Shown here one piece after another: positions 48,637 to 60,803 of a stretch of 64,000 bases of DNA. Made by a program: the position numbers and the translations under genes. Every line of letters starts with the position of its first letter. The stretch's first letter is position 1. This DNA comes from Picochlorum sp. SENEW3 (taxonomy: Eukaryota). Location of the stretch: contig CP120463.1 of NCBI GenBank assembly GCA_034226945.1, positions 806,001 through 870,000 of the forward strand, given 5' to 3'. The notes beneath the pieces are model-generated. The model saw only the letters and a program-made list of their open reading frames with translations, was not told where the DNA came from and ran no database searches.

Positions 48637-50990
48637 ATGATCAGTACGAGAGTCGCAACAAGACGCGTATTTCGCCTCTGCTCGTGCAAGTCCAGTGCTC
48701 AACTCTATACGTTTGCTACAAAGACACGTCCGTCGGTCCCAGGGGTACTTTCTAAAAGAATATTTGATTCATCCAAGAGTAGTCGTGTGGTAATATCCAG
48801 AGCTGCGAGTAGTAGTGTTCGATCTGAGGTCAATATGGACGCAAGCACAAATCCTTTGCTGACGGTACGATGTGTGCTCATTCTGATTTCCTTATGGATC
48901 AATAGTAACTATAGTAATACATGGTTGCGTAGACATCTCCATTTCCACTCTGGGATCAGGTGAAAGCGGAACATGTGGTTCCAGCCATTCGTCAACTCTT
49001 GGAGGAAACGAACAGCGCCATCGATTCTCTGGAGGAGAATGTTGAGCCAACATGGGCTGGTTTGGTGGAGCCGCTTGAGAAGATTGTGGATCGTATTGGG
49101 CGAGCGTGGGGTACTGTGAGTCACCTCAAGGCAGTCAAGGATACTGAGGCCCTGCGCAAAGCTGTGGAGGAGGTTCAGCCTGAAAAGGTCAAGGTGATGT
49201 TGCGATTGTCGCAGTCAAAGCCGATTTATGAGGCGTTCAAGTCTATCAAAGAGGGTGATCTCTGGAACAGTTTGACAGAGGCGCAGAAGAGGATTGTCGA
49301 TGGGGAGTTGAGGGATTTTGTCTTGGGAGGTGTGGCCCTGGAAGGGGAGGCCAAGGAGAGGTTTAATGAGATCCAACAAGAGCTTAGTAAACTGAGCACT
49401 GATTTCAGTAATAATCTTCTTGATGCAACGAAAGCATATAAGAAATTGTTGACGGAGAAGAGCGAGGTGGAGGGCCTGCCGGATAGTGCGCTTGCATTGG
49501 CTGCTCAGCAGGCAAAGGGAGAAGGGCATGAGGATGCCACGGCGGAGAATGGACCATGGTTGTTCACCCTTGATTTCCCATCATTCTTTCCAGTGATGAC
49601 TCACGCAGCGAATAGATCTCTTCGGGAAGAGATGTACAAAGCAAACATCACAAGGGCTTCGTCAGGAGAGTCTGACAACACTCCCATCATCAACAAGATT
49701 CTGACCCTTCGTCAAGAGAAGGCCAAGATTCTTGGTTTCGATAATTTTGCTGAGGTATCCATGGCCTCGAAGATGGCTGATCTAGCATCGGCAGAGGAAT
49801 TGCTGGAGAAACTCCGTGCGGCATCCTATGATGCAGCAGTCAAAGACTTGGATGATGTCAAGAAATTTGCTGCTGAACAGGGTTTCTCGGAGGAACTCGC
49901 CCTTTGGGATGTGACATATTGGGCAGAGAGACTGAAAGAGGCCAAGTATGCTATCAGTGATGAGGAGCTGCGCCCCTACTTTGCCCTTCCAAATGTCTTG
50001 GATGGTCTGTTCAAGCTTGCCAAGCGCCTCTATGATGTGGACATTGTACCAGCAGATGGCAAGGTGCCAGTATGGGATAAGGACGTTCGGTTCTTCGAAG
50101 TTCAGAAGAATGGAAAGGCAAAAGCATATTTCTACTTGGATCCATACTCACGACCAGCAGAGAAGAGGGGAGGCGCCTGGATGGATGAGGTCTGCAGTCA
50201 GTCAAAGCTCTTTGCAGAGGGAGAAGATGCTGTTCGTCTTCCAGTAGCTCACATGGTCTGCAATCAGACACCTCCTGTTGGTGATGATCCATCTCTCATG
50301 ACATTTAGGGAAGTAGAAACCCTTTTCCATGAGTTTGGACACGCATCTCAGCACATGTTGACTGAGCAAGGTGAGGGACTGGTGGCAGGCATCCGTGGTG
50401 TCGAATGGGACGCTGTAGAGCTTCCATCTCAATTCATGGAAAACTTCTGCTATGATAGAGCAACATTGGACGGATTCGCCAAGCACTACCAAACAGGGGA
50501 GCCTCTCCCAGAAGATCTTTTCCAAAAGCTGCTTGCTGCCAGAACCTACAGATCCGGATCCATGACACTGCGACAGATCCACTTTGCCTGCACTGACTTG
50601 GAGCTGCATGCCCGTTTCACCGCAGGAGGAGACGAGACCATCTTTGACAGAGAAAGAAAGGTGGCCGAGAAGACTGCAGTCATGAAACCTCTCCCAGAGG
50701 ATCGATTCCTCTGTGGCTTTGCCCACATCTTTGCAGGCGGATACAGTGCCGGTTATTACAGTTACAAATGGGCAGAGGTACTCTCCGCTGATGCATTTTC
50801 GGCCTTTGAAGAAGTGGGTCTCGAGAATGAGGACAAAGTGGCAGAGACTGGCCGCCGATTCAGGGATACTGTCCTTGCGCTTGGAGGTGGAAAAGCCCCT
50901 GGAGATGTCTTTAGAGAATTCAGAGGCAGAGACCCTTCAACAGAGCCGCTCTTGAGACACAACAACCTGTTGCCAGCTGCTGCATCATAA
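48637..50990 (+). CDS. OOP: Organellar oligopeptidase A (peptidase M3A), 2 exons
   Basis: Transit peptide and NPLL, intron 48865-48932. YLDPYSRPAEKRGGAWM, zinc motif HEFGH, WDAVELPSQFMEN, HIFAGGYSAGYYSYKWAEV. Confidence 0.92.
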
Positions 50991-51296
50991 ACAAGTATTA
51001 TTTGACAATGTAAAGACAAAATAGTTATTATGAAGAAGACAGAAAGGTGTGTACAATACCAAGGCCATGCAGAGAATATTCGAGCTGATGATGAAGGCGA
51101 ATACTGATTAGAACTAGAAGCGCACCTAGGATTCTGCATGCAGAATTCTCACCCATTAAAAAAAAAAGCCTACATGCCTGTATTAAAAATGGGGCAATGC
51201 TCAACCATCCGATGCATCGATGCCAAAGCCATTTGGTATGCAAAATTGCATAAAAATAAATAAACAAATACAGTGTATGAAAAAGTAGAAGATGCC

Positions 51297-51617
51297 ATGG
51301 CGACCACACAGCAGGATAGATTCAATGTCAACACGCAGAGCGACCATGTCGCAGCAAAATACGTGGGAACTGGCCATGCCGATACCAATAGATTCGAATG
51401 GGCATTAAATATCAAAAGAGATACCTATGCATCAATTGTAGCCAACCATTCACTCGCAGCCCACCAAGCAATAGGAGAACATGAAAGCATTGGAAGAATC
51501 AAGTATCAGATGAAACAGTCCATGCTCTTGCCCTGTGGGATTGCTCCTAGGGCTCTTCATGGGGAAGAAGAAGAAGAGGAGGAGGGAGAGCAAGAAGAAG
51601 AGCGTGCGAATGCGTAG
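51297..51617 (+). CDS. SF3B5: Splicing factor 3B subunit 5 (SF3b10)
   Basis: DRFNVNTQSDHVAAKYVGTGHADTNRFEWALNIKRDTYAS...MLLPCG. Confidence 0.9.
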   Translation: MATTQQDRFNVNTQSDHVAAKYVGTGHADTNRFEWALNIKRDTYASIVANHSLAAHQAIGEHESIGRIKYQMKQSMLLPCGIAPRALHGEEEEEEEGEQEEERANA

Positions 51618-51735
51618 GTGACTGAACTGCAATATTGCAGTTGAAATACTGGGATTATTATGATTATTGGGTCAACAACACATGATGAATATACACTGCG
51701 TCTACTGTAATATATAAAGATGATTGTTGATCCAA

Positions 51736-52466
51736 TTACAGAGGTGCTGGCACCTCCTCTTCTGCCTCAAGGGTTGCCAGCTTTGCCTTGAGCATGGCAA
51801 AATGCTTTGCTAATCGCTTCCTTCCAGCCTGTACCAGCTGATAGTCTGCCTCTGGATCAAACGTACCAAAATACTGCTCTACCGATGACTCTGGAGCCCT
51901 ACCGAGACCGCCCTGCAGGGCATTGTGCAGGGCTACGGTGGGCTCCCAAAACACAACCTCCTCGTATTTTTCATACGTGTGTGGGCGTCGCTGCGGGTTC
52001 CCATGGATATCCAACCCTAACCGAAGACTATGAAGCAGTTCCAAAGGAGGCTCGTTGGCGTCGTCTCGAAAGTGGATTTCGATGAGGATGTCAAACTCTC
52101 CCCACCCAGTCTCTCTGAGTTCAAAAGGGGGCATTGTCACCTCTCTATTTGGATTTTCGAAACTATCATGCAATTTAAAGACAACCTTTTTGATAATAGA
52201 TCCCAGATTCTCGTTGGTGGGGGATCGCACGAACACAGTCCAGCTATGTGTGGCGTAATCTGTCGCCTTTTTTCCCAGACTGATCGCAACAGTCCCCGTA
52301 ACGATGGGCACGGATAGTTCCACCCCTTTGAGCCTCTTCTCCCCGTTCTGGATGACATATATAGTAGTTAGAGAGTGGGATGGTGTGATTCATAGCGGCA
52401 ATTCAGTTCATGTCGTAAATTACATTGACGTACTGGCCCTGTGGTGTACTTGTCTGATGCCACCAT
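51736..52466 (-). CDS. YAF9: YEATS-domain protein (YAF9/GAS41), 2 exons
   Basis: Exon 1 MVASDKYTTGP, intron 52433-52348, then NGEKRLKGVELSVPIVTG...THSWTVFVR...KVVFKLHDSF...PPFELRETGWGEF. Confidence 0.88.
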
Positions 52467-52720
52467 GCTCCTGTTTATTCTTCTTAATGTTTTAATCCTA
52501 TATAGAGCATCGACAGGGGTGAATAGCAATGATGATGCTTTTTTTTATTCTTCTTTTTTAATGTCATAGTGCTATGCAATTGCTTTCCTATCCAAGGGTG
52601 GTGTTGATGGGAGGCATATCGATCGATGTGCGCTCTCGAATTCCACAAAAAAAAACAAGATTCTCGAATGAATGTAGGTGTGCGAGACAGGAGGGGGTAT
52701 ATTCTTTATGACACAGTGTC

Positions 52721-53803
52721 ATGGTGGTAGTTAGAGCACCGTCATCTTCTGCACAATTGTCTAGAGACGTGTGTGTGTTGTTGGGTTGTCCTAAGAAGAA
52801 GAAGAAGAGGAGGGACAGGGCAAAGGGGTTGGTTGCTATGAATGCACACACGACACGGGTATGTCACGGATTAGAGGAGATTTTTGATGGGGATGGTGGC
52901 GGGAAGACCATGATGGACCACGACATGAAGAGGAAGAAGAAGAAGGCTGTGCTGTTGGATCAGTTTGGGGTGCTCCATGATGGGGTGGATGCCTATCCTG
53001 GGGCTGTTGAGGCGGTTCGGTATCTGCGGGAGGATTGTGGGTTGCGTATATTGATTCTTTCGAATTCATCGAGGCGTTCTGATGGTGCTTTGAAGAATTT
53101 GGAGAAGAAGGGATTTGATATAGGCTGTTTTGATGGGGTAGTGACATCTGGAGAGGTGACACATCAGAGATTGAAGGAGAGGCCTGATGGATTTTGGAAG
53201 AGTCGAAAGGCGTGCGTTCATTTTACGTGGGGGGAGCGAGGGGCCATTTCTCTTGATGATCTGGGCGTGGATGTTGTTGGCAGGCGGATGGAGGAGGCTG
53301 ATTTTCTCTTGGCACATGGAACTCAAGGTATAGGGAAGCCAGGCGGGGTTGGCGTTGAAGAATGTAGTGTTGATGACATGGTGGGGATGCTGGATGAATG
53401 TATTCATGTTGATGGATCTTCCAAGCCAATGGTGGTGGCGAATCCTGATATCGTGACGGTGCATGGTGGAGATTTGATCAAAATGCCTGGGTACATAGCA
53501 AAGGAATATGAGGAGCGGGGAGGGGAGGTTTGTAGAATGGGAAAGCCTGCTCGTGTTATTTATGAAGAGGCTCTCCGTATGCTCGGTGTCGGGGTAGAAG
53601 AAGTGATTGCTATAGGCGATTCTCTAGAGCATGATATCAAAGGTGCTGAATCCATGGGCATTGACTCTATTTTTGTGGGCGGTGGAATTCACAAGGACAG
53701 TGTAATGACACAAGGTGACCGTATTGATGAGGACTCTTTGGATCGGATATGCCACGAGTATTCGAGTGCCCCGACATTTGTAATACCATATTTTTGTATG
53801 TAA
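52721..53803 (+). CDS. HAD-superfamily hydrolase, subfamily IIA
   Basis: Motif I LLDQFGVLHDG, ILSNSSR, ANPD, MGKP, AIGDSLEHDIKGA, GGIH. Confidence 0.85.
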   Translation: MVVVRAPSSSAQLSRDVCVLLGCPKKKKKRRDRAKGLVAMNAHTTRVCHGLEEIFDGDGGGKTMMDHDMKRKKKKAVLLDQFGVLHDGVDAYPGAVEAVRYLREDCGLRILILSNSSRRSDGALKNLEKKGFDIGCFDGVVTSGEVTHQRLKERPDGFWKSRKACVHFTWGERGAISLDDLGVDVVGRRMEEADFLLAHGTQGIGKPGGVGVEECSVDDMVGMLDECIHVDGSSKPMVVANPDIVTVHGGDLIKMPGYIAKEYEERGGEVCRMGKPARVIYEEALRMLGVGVEEVIAIGDSLEHDIKGAESMGIDSIFVGGGIHKDSVMTQGDRIDEDSLDRICHEYSSAPTFVIPYFCM

Positions 53804-53839
53804 CATGTAGTAATAGTAAGGAATGCATTCGTCCATCTT

Positions 53840-56800
53840 CTACTCTTCTACTGGGCATGGCTCCACATCCCAGATGTCCTTGGCGTACTCTCGAATAGTG
53901 CGATCGCTGGAGAAGAATCCGGATCCTGCAGTTGATAGAATGCTTGATCTTGTCCAAGCAGCTTTGTCTTTGTACTTTTGATCAACAGCATCCTGGGCTC
54001 TGAGATAGTCTGGGAAATCATTTGCTAGCAAATAATAGTCGGAGTATGTGATAGCATCAACAAGAGGCCCAAAGTAATCCTCCCATCCAAATACTCCAGT
54101 GCGAATCATGTTGACGACATGGTTGAAGCGAGGGTCCGGTTGGTAGGTACTCCTGTTTGCACGCAAATCAGCCACGGCATCAGCTCTAGCTCCAAAGATG
54201 AACATATTCTCCTCACCAATTTCCTGGGCGATTTCAATATTTGCACCATCCATGGTTCCAATAATGAGAGCACCATTCATTGCGAATTTCATGTTTCCTG
54301 TTCCGGATGCTTCTGTTCCGGCTGTGGAGATTTGTTGAGACAGCTCGGTTCCAGGTATGATGACCTCCGCAACAGACACATTGTAATCCGGAACAAATGC
54401 CACTTTGAGAAGGTCTCCTACGGCAGGATCGTTATTCACCTTTTCTGCCACTGCAGATACAAGCTTGATGATTCGTTTAGCCATTTCATACCCTGGAGCT
54501 GCCTTTCCTCCCACAACCACAACCCTTGGGACAATATCATCTGCTTTTCCTTCCTTCTTCAGCTTCAGAATGGTGTCATATCTGTGGATGACGGAAAGAA
54601 TATTCAAAAGTTGGCGCTTGTACTCGTGGATTCTTTTCACCTGAACATCAACGAGAGCCGCCTTGTTTGGAAGGGACACTCCAGACACCTTCTCGATCAG
54701 CTCTGCATGTGGACATATCAAACAGTTTAGCGAGTCCAAACAGACTTTCCATATAGAGACTTATCCAAACGTACCTAATGCAGCTTGTTTGTTCATTGCT
54801 TTCACTTCTTGCCATTTTTTCTGGAATTCCGGATCATCAGCATAGTCTCGTAATTTGGTCAAGTCATCAAGATGACTGATCCAGTTGTCAGACCCAAGCG
54901 TCTCCGTGATCAATTCACGCAACGGCGGATTGCAGAAGGCAAGCCATCGTCGCGGAGTGACACCATTTGTCTTGTTCTGGAATTTCTCTGGGAAAATTTC
55001 ATAGAATGCATTGAAGACATCGTGCTTGAGGATGTCAGAGTGGATTGCTGCAACACCATTGATATTCTTTGAGGCCACGACTGCCAAATATGCCATTCTC
55101 ACGAATTTTTGACCATCATCGGTCTCTTCGATGATTGACAGCTTGCTAATTCTTTCCCAATCATCGCCAAACTTAGTTCTGATTTGCTGCAAGAACCTCC
55201 AGTTGATATCATATATGATTTGTGTGTGCCTTGGAAGGAGCTTTTCAAGCATAACAATGGGCCACTTCTCCAAAGCTTCTGGAAGGACTGTGTGGTTTGT
55301 AAAATTACAGGTTTTTGTAACCAGCTCCCAAGCTTTAGTCCACCCCAATCCTTCGAGATCCATGAGGGCACGCATGAGTTCAGGAACTGCATGGCAATCA
55401 ATAATACGTTGATTAACTGTAACAAATACAGGCGATGTTTTGCTCTTATACTCGTACCTAAAAGGGTTGGATGGGTGTCATTCATTTGGAATGAGACTTT
55501 GTCAGGGAATTCGTCCCATCCATCATGGCGCTCTTTGTATCGTCTCACCACATCTTGAACAGTTGATGACACGAAGAAATGCTGTTGCTTGAGTCTCAGT
55601 TCTTTCCCCTCATATGTTCTATCATCAGGATACAACACCGAAGAAAGAGTCTCAGCCCTCTGTTTTGACAAAATCGCTTGGACATAATCACCAGTGTTGA
55701 AAGCCTGGAGATCAAACTCCCTGTCTGGCTTGGCAGCCCACAATCTCAGGTTGATCGTGTTCTTTGTCTTAAATCCTGGAATAGGAGTATCATAGGCCAC
55801 CGAAGTGACCGTTTCTCCAGGATTCCATCTGAACATCTGTTTACCACCCTCATCATGAACAGACACGTGTCCATAGAATGAAATTGGGTACGCCACAGAG
55901 GCTGACCTCTCAAGCTCCCATGGATTCCCGAAATTCAACCAGTAATCTGGCTGTTCGTGTTGGAACCCATCGACCAGCACTTGTCTAAACATACCGTACT
56001 GATAACGGATACCATATCCCCATGCTGGCAGATTCAGTGAAGCCATGGAATCCAAGAAACATGCAGCAAGCCTTCCAAGACCACCATTCCCAAGCGCTGC
56101 GTCTCTCTCCTTCTCTACTAAAGTTTCCAAATTATAGCCCAATTCATCCAGTGCCTCCCTGTATCTGTCTTTAATATCAAGGTTGTACAAAGCATTTAAC
56201 AAGGACCTGCCCATCAGAAACTCCATGGACATGTAATACACCCTCTTTGGATCTTTCTCCCTGAAAAATGTCTGTGTATCATTCCAAGACTCGATCAGTC
56301 TATCTCTCACAGAGTATGATGTTGCCATATACGCCTCCAGGTCGTCAAACTTGTATCTGGATCTTGCAAGAGTGTACTCGACGTGATTGATAATTGACTG
56401 TTCAATAGAGAGTACAGAATCCGTGCTATAGGTATCCATAAGTTCGTGCAATAACTCTGCTCTGTTCCCTTCAGGAGCACCCCGAACCCTCAGCTTTGGC
56501 CTCACACGCTTTGACAAGGACCCTTGGTTTGCACAAGCCACGATCGAGGCCAAGCCACTCTTCACAGCTGGAAGGTCTCCATCCTCGATCCTATTCCCGT
56601 CTGCCTTGACCACCCAGAAAACATCATGCATAAAACCCTCTTTCTCTTTGATATCTGCCTTGCGAACGTCCAGGCCGAGAGAACTGAATGTCGATGTCAG
56701 AGTTGCCAACAGCCCAGGCTGACTTGGACCCTGGAAAACAATCTCAGTCATACCATCATCTCTCGCATTATCCACATCAAACGTCATCAAAGAATTTCCC

Positions 56801-57012
56801 TCTTCTGCAGCAACAGACGCAGAGGATGAAGACGAAGCCGGACGCCCCACGGCAAGTGACCTAGTGCTCCTGCTTGCTCCTCCTGAAATCCACCCTCCAC
56901 CTCCACGAGCCATGCTACCTGGGCATCTCAATACAGCACCATGTGATTTTTTAATGGAATATCTCGCCCCTTGTTTCGCTAAAACCCCTCGTTGAGCAAC
57001 AACCAAACCCAT
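53840..57012 (-). CDS. Plastidial alpha-1,4-glucan (starch) phosphorylase with N-terminal ACT domain, 3 exons
   Basis: SMEFLMGR, DAALGNGGLGRLAACFLDS, NDTHP, KRIHEYKRQLLN, PLP motif EASGTGNMKF. Introns near 55386-55457 and 54702-54774. ACT-like TEIVFQGPSQPGLLATLTSTFSSLGLDVRKADI. Confidence 0.92.
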
Positions 57013-57430
57013 TGTAGTTCAGATGCAGATGCAGATCAACCGGTTGGTCTTTCCTTGGCAGTCTTTGCGAGTATCAGTTGCTCAAATGACTATTTTCACG
57101 AGTGAATTGACGATTTATCGGTCGCTATCGCTCGATTGAACAAAGGAGCAATGAGGGCGATCGATCAGCCTACAAGGGTCACTCACCCAAACCAAAACAA
57201 GAATTTTTCAATGCGACCGTAACCCAAGTTAACTTTACATGAATATCTCCTGCAGAGTTCCCGTTGGATGAAATCCCCTTTGATTGTCTTTAATTCCGTA
57301 TCCCCTCACTAAAGTACTAGATTCGCCATGGCTAAACCTATAAGCGAAGAAGATTGATTTGGACAGAGGTGCATCCAAAAGACTTTCTTTTATTCCTTGA
57401 AATACTGTACACTATTCGAACAGTGGTGAC
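57013..57430. promoter_or_regulatory. Putative bidirectional promoter between starch phosphorylase and PFK
   Basis: 418-bp non-coding gap between two divergent start codons. Inferred from geometry only. Confidence 0.55.
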
Positions 57431-59072
57431 ATGGCAATGTATCGGAGAAACCTAAGCATTTCCAGAATCACCCTGGCTCCTGTCGCTCCCCAGCATTGTT
57501 ATCAGCACAGATCCCTATATGCGGGTGGTCTTTCGCTCAAAAGTTCTTCTGCAGCAGTGTCGAGGACGTGGGGAATCAGGTACAGCTCCAGGGTTCGTGC
57601 GAGTTCGTCCTCAGGGCCTGAGAATACCAAATTCTCGGTGGATTTGACAGATGCAGAGGATCCAGATGATGTCCTGGATGTTCCCAATCTGAGGGATAAG
57701 CTCAAGCCTCGCCCTTCTCCTTTTATCACGAACAACCATTTTGGTGGAGGCTTTGTCTCGAATGATGACAGAGTGGCTCTGAGCGCTTTGAGGTATGCTT
57801 CTGCAGAGAGTATGGGGGCAGAATGTTTGTCAGGGCATGACGATCCGGATGCAAATTGCGTTTTGTTGCCAAATTTCGCAATTCGCGCTGGAGCACGAGA
57901 GACTATTTTCATGAACCCTAATGAGACCAAGGTTGCCATTGTGACCTGTGGAGGACTCTGCCCTGGGTTGAATGATGTAGTACAGGGCCTGGTGTACAAA
58001 TGTGCAGATTACGGCGTACCAGATGGCAATATTATTGGGATACAGTATGGTTTCCGGGGATTCTATGACAAGAAGAAAAGGCCTGTGGTGCTGACACGGC
58101 AGAATGTTGAAGGGATTCATCTGGAGGGAGGAACTATTCTTGGTACTTCTCGAGGGGGTGCTGACATGGATAAAATTGTGAGGCAGATCGACATTATGGG
58201 GATTGATGTCGTGTTTGTTGTGGGTGGGAATGGAGGCAATGCTGGAGCAGCAGCAATCCAGAAGGCCTGTGAAGAGAATAATGTGCTCTGCTCTATTGTG
58301 GGGGTGCCAAAATCTATTGATAATGATATTCTTTTGATTGATAAGTGTTTTGGGTTTGATACAGCTGTAGAAGAAGCTCAAAGGGCCATTATTTGTGCTA
58401 AAACGGAAGCATCGAGTGCTTATAATGGGATAGGGATGGTCAAGGTGATGGGAAGACAATCTGGTTTTATTGCTTTGGATGCGTCCATGTCGTCTGGTGT
58501 CGTGGATATTTGCTTGATTCCAGAAGTTCCTTTCAAGCTCCAAGGGAGAAAAGGATTGTTCTGCTATATAGAGAAGGTTTTGGCCAAAAAGGGGCACTGT
58601 GTCATTTGTGTCGCTGAGGGGGCTGGGCAAGATATCCTTGCTACCAGAGAGAATGAGACAGATGCAAGCGGAAATCCAATTTTGAAAGATGCTGGCAAAT
58701 GGTTACGAAGTGAAATAAAGAAGAATATTCACGACGTAGACATGAAATACATCGACCCAAGTACGCTTTGTTTGAATTTGCCCTTTCAGATGCTAGTTGG
58801 TATTGGCTGACATGGGATGTGAATGCTTTGCAGGCTATATCATCAGGTCCATCCCGACCACATCCGTGGATAGAATCTACTGCAAAATATTGGCCCATAA
58901 CGCAGTGCACGCAGCTTTCGCTGGATTTACAGGAGTTGTTGTTGGATTGGTCAACACTCATTATGTGTACCTTCCAATCCCGACGGTTATCCAAGCACCA
59001 AGAAAAGTTGATCCGAAAGGAAAAAAGTGGAATCAATTATTGGCATCGATTGGACAACCTACTTTCGTGTAA
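57431..59072 (+). CDS. PFK: ATP-dependent 6-phosphofructokinase, plastid-type (GGNG, plant PFK group B-like), 2 exons
   Basis: IVTCGGLCPGLNDVV, GGTILGTSRG, GGNGG, PKSIDND, MGRQSGFIA. Intron 58761-58833 joins YIDP|SYIIRS. Confidence 0.92.
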
Positions 59073-59187
59073 ACTTGTCAATGACTATTTTGCCTGAGCT
59101 ATATCTTTGTGTACTTTTTTACATGTTACAAGGAAGATGAAAGAATAAAGATGAATCACGATGGGCTCAGCCCACATGAAGTCATGT

Positions 59188-59487
59188 TTAGTTCTTTCCA
59201 AAGCTATGGTCCATCTTGTTGGCCTGGATCTCATTACGGATGCTTTTCATCTCATCGGCCATCTGCTGCATGGTGGAGGCAATGTGCTCAAGCCCACGCA
59301 TCAACAATTTTGGGTGAGACTTTCCAGACACGCCTGACACGCCAGACACTCCAGAAACACCAGACACGCCAGAGACCGCTGGGGCATCCATGCTCTTATG
59401 GTCTCCCAGTCCAGCGGCAGAAGCAAACTTGAATGATCCTGCAAACAGCATGATGGCAAGGAGAAGGAGAGAAGTGAAGCTCTTCAT
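59188..59487 (-). CDS. Small secreted protein with (VSG)5 repeat and conserved helical C-terminus, copy 1 (99 aa)
   Basis: Signal peptide MKSFTSLLLLAIMLFAGSFKFASA. Conserved between three tandem paralogs. TATA-like TATTTA about 105 nt upstream. Confidence 0.72.
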   Translation of the reverse strand: MKSFTSLLLLAIMLFAGSFKFASAAGLGDHKSMDAPAVSGVSGVSGVSGVSGVSGKSHPKLLMRGLEHIASTMQQMADEMKSIRNEIQANKMDHSFGKN

Positions 59488-60047
59488 TGTGCTTTGGCTT
59501 TGTTTGTTTGTTGTTCTGTGCCTGGAAAACGACGGAGAATATTTTGAATACTGATTTGATTCTGCTAGAGTCAGAGATGATCCGTCGCATAAATACATTT
59601 TTGGCATGGGCCCGCCATGGGACCACGGATCAGGTTTTCCCAGGGACCTGGGACCATGGGTGTGGCGCTTACATGTCCTGGGACAACGGCTGCCATGGGG
59701 CCCCAGACGTACTGATTCCACAACACAAGTCCCCAACTGATGCGTTGCTTCAAATCGAACACCCAGAACCACCCTGAATGGGCTACACGGTCCCACGAGT
59801 TGAGCCCACACTGAGTTTGCAGTGGGAATGCCCCATTGACAATCATAATAGGAGTCAACGCACGGCATTCCACGGTGAGATATCTCCTCGGGCTACTTTT
59901 GCTCTTTGAAAGCAACTATTGGGCTAGAATGTGTTGAAAATATTTTAAGTGACATCGAAGGGTCTTGATTTACACACTGTTCTCTTGGCAACAGAAGTCA
60001 CGGGAGGTTATCATATATCATCAGAATTCATAACAGGTTTGATTTTC

Positions 60048-60356
60048 TTAGTTCTTTCCAAAGCTGTGGTCCATCTTGTTGGCCTGGATCTCATTACGGA
60101 TGCTTTTCATCTCATCGGCCATCTGCTGCATGGTGGAGGCAATGTGCTCAAGCCCACGCATCAACAATTTTGGGTGAGACTTTCCAGACACTCCTGACAC
60201 GCCTGACACGCCAGACACTCCAGAAACACCAGACACGCCAGAGACCGCTGGGGCATCCATGCTCTTATGGCCTCCCAGTCCAGCGGCAGAAGCAAACTTG
60301 AATGATCCTGCAAACAGCATGATGGCAAGGAGAAGGAGAGAAGTGAAGCTCTTCAT
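60048..60356 (-). CDS. Small secreted protein with (VSG)6 repeat, copy 2 (102 aa)
   Basis: Near-identical to 59188-59487, with one extra 9-nt VSG unit, one D/G change and one synonymous change. Confidence 0.72.
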   Translation of the reverse strand: MKSFTSLLLLAIMLFAGSFKFASAAGLGGHKSMDAPAVSGVSGVSGVSGVSGVSGVSGKSHPKLLMRGLEHIASTMQQMADEMKSIRNEIQANKMDHSFGKN

Positions 60357-60803
60357 TGTGCTTTGGCTTTGTTTGTTTGTTGTTCTGTGCCTGGAAAACG
60401 ACGGAGAATATTTTGAATACTGATTTGATTCTGCTAGAGTCAGAGATGATCCATCGCATAAATACATTTTTGGCATGGGCCCGCCATGGGACCACGGATC
60501 ATGTTTTCCCAGGGACCTGGGACCATGGGTCACACTTCCCAGGTAGTCCCATCGGATATCACACAATGACCAACCTCTAGAAACAATGCAGATCGCGCCA
60601 CAAAAAGATTTTGGGAGCACAAAAACTTTTTTCAGCGCCAGTTTCAGTATGTTGCATAGAATACATTCTGTGCTTGAGCTGCTCGAGAGCTTGCGAAGAG
60701 GGTTGGGGCATTCAAGGTCATGGTTTGGTTACATTCAGTCTGATGGTTGATATATAAATCAGAAGACAGAGCAGGCATACAAAGAACCAGAAATATGCTC
60801 AAA

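Larger units (their letters stand above)
59188..60530. repeat. Direct duplication of ~475 bp (59188-59661 vs 60048-60530) covering CDS plus promoter
   Basis: Sequences align from the stop codon (tta gttctttccaaagc) to ggaccatgggt with four substitutions and one 9-nt indel seen. Confidence 0.93.

Noticed and set aside
59488..59868. N-terminal extensions of the 226-aa and 190-aa ORFs upstream of the VSG peptides
   Set aside because: They begin at non-ATG or non-conserved positions and run through the TATA-like/promoter region. The signal-peptide Met (59487, 60356) is the plausible start.
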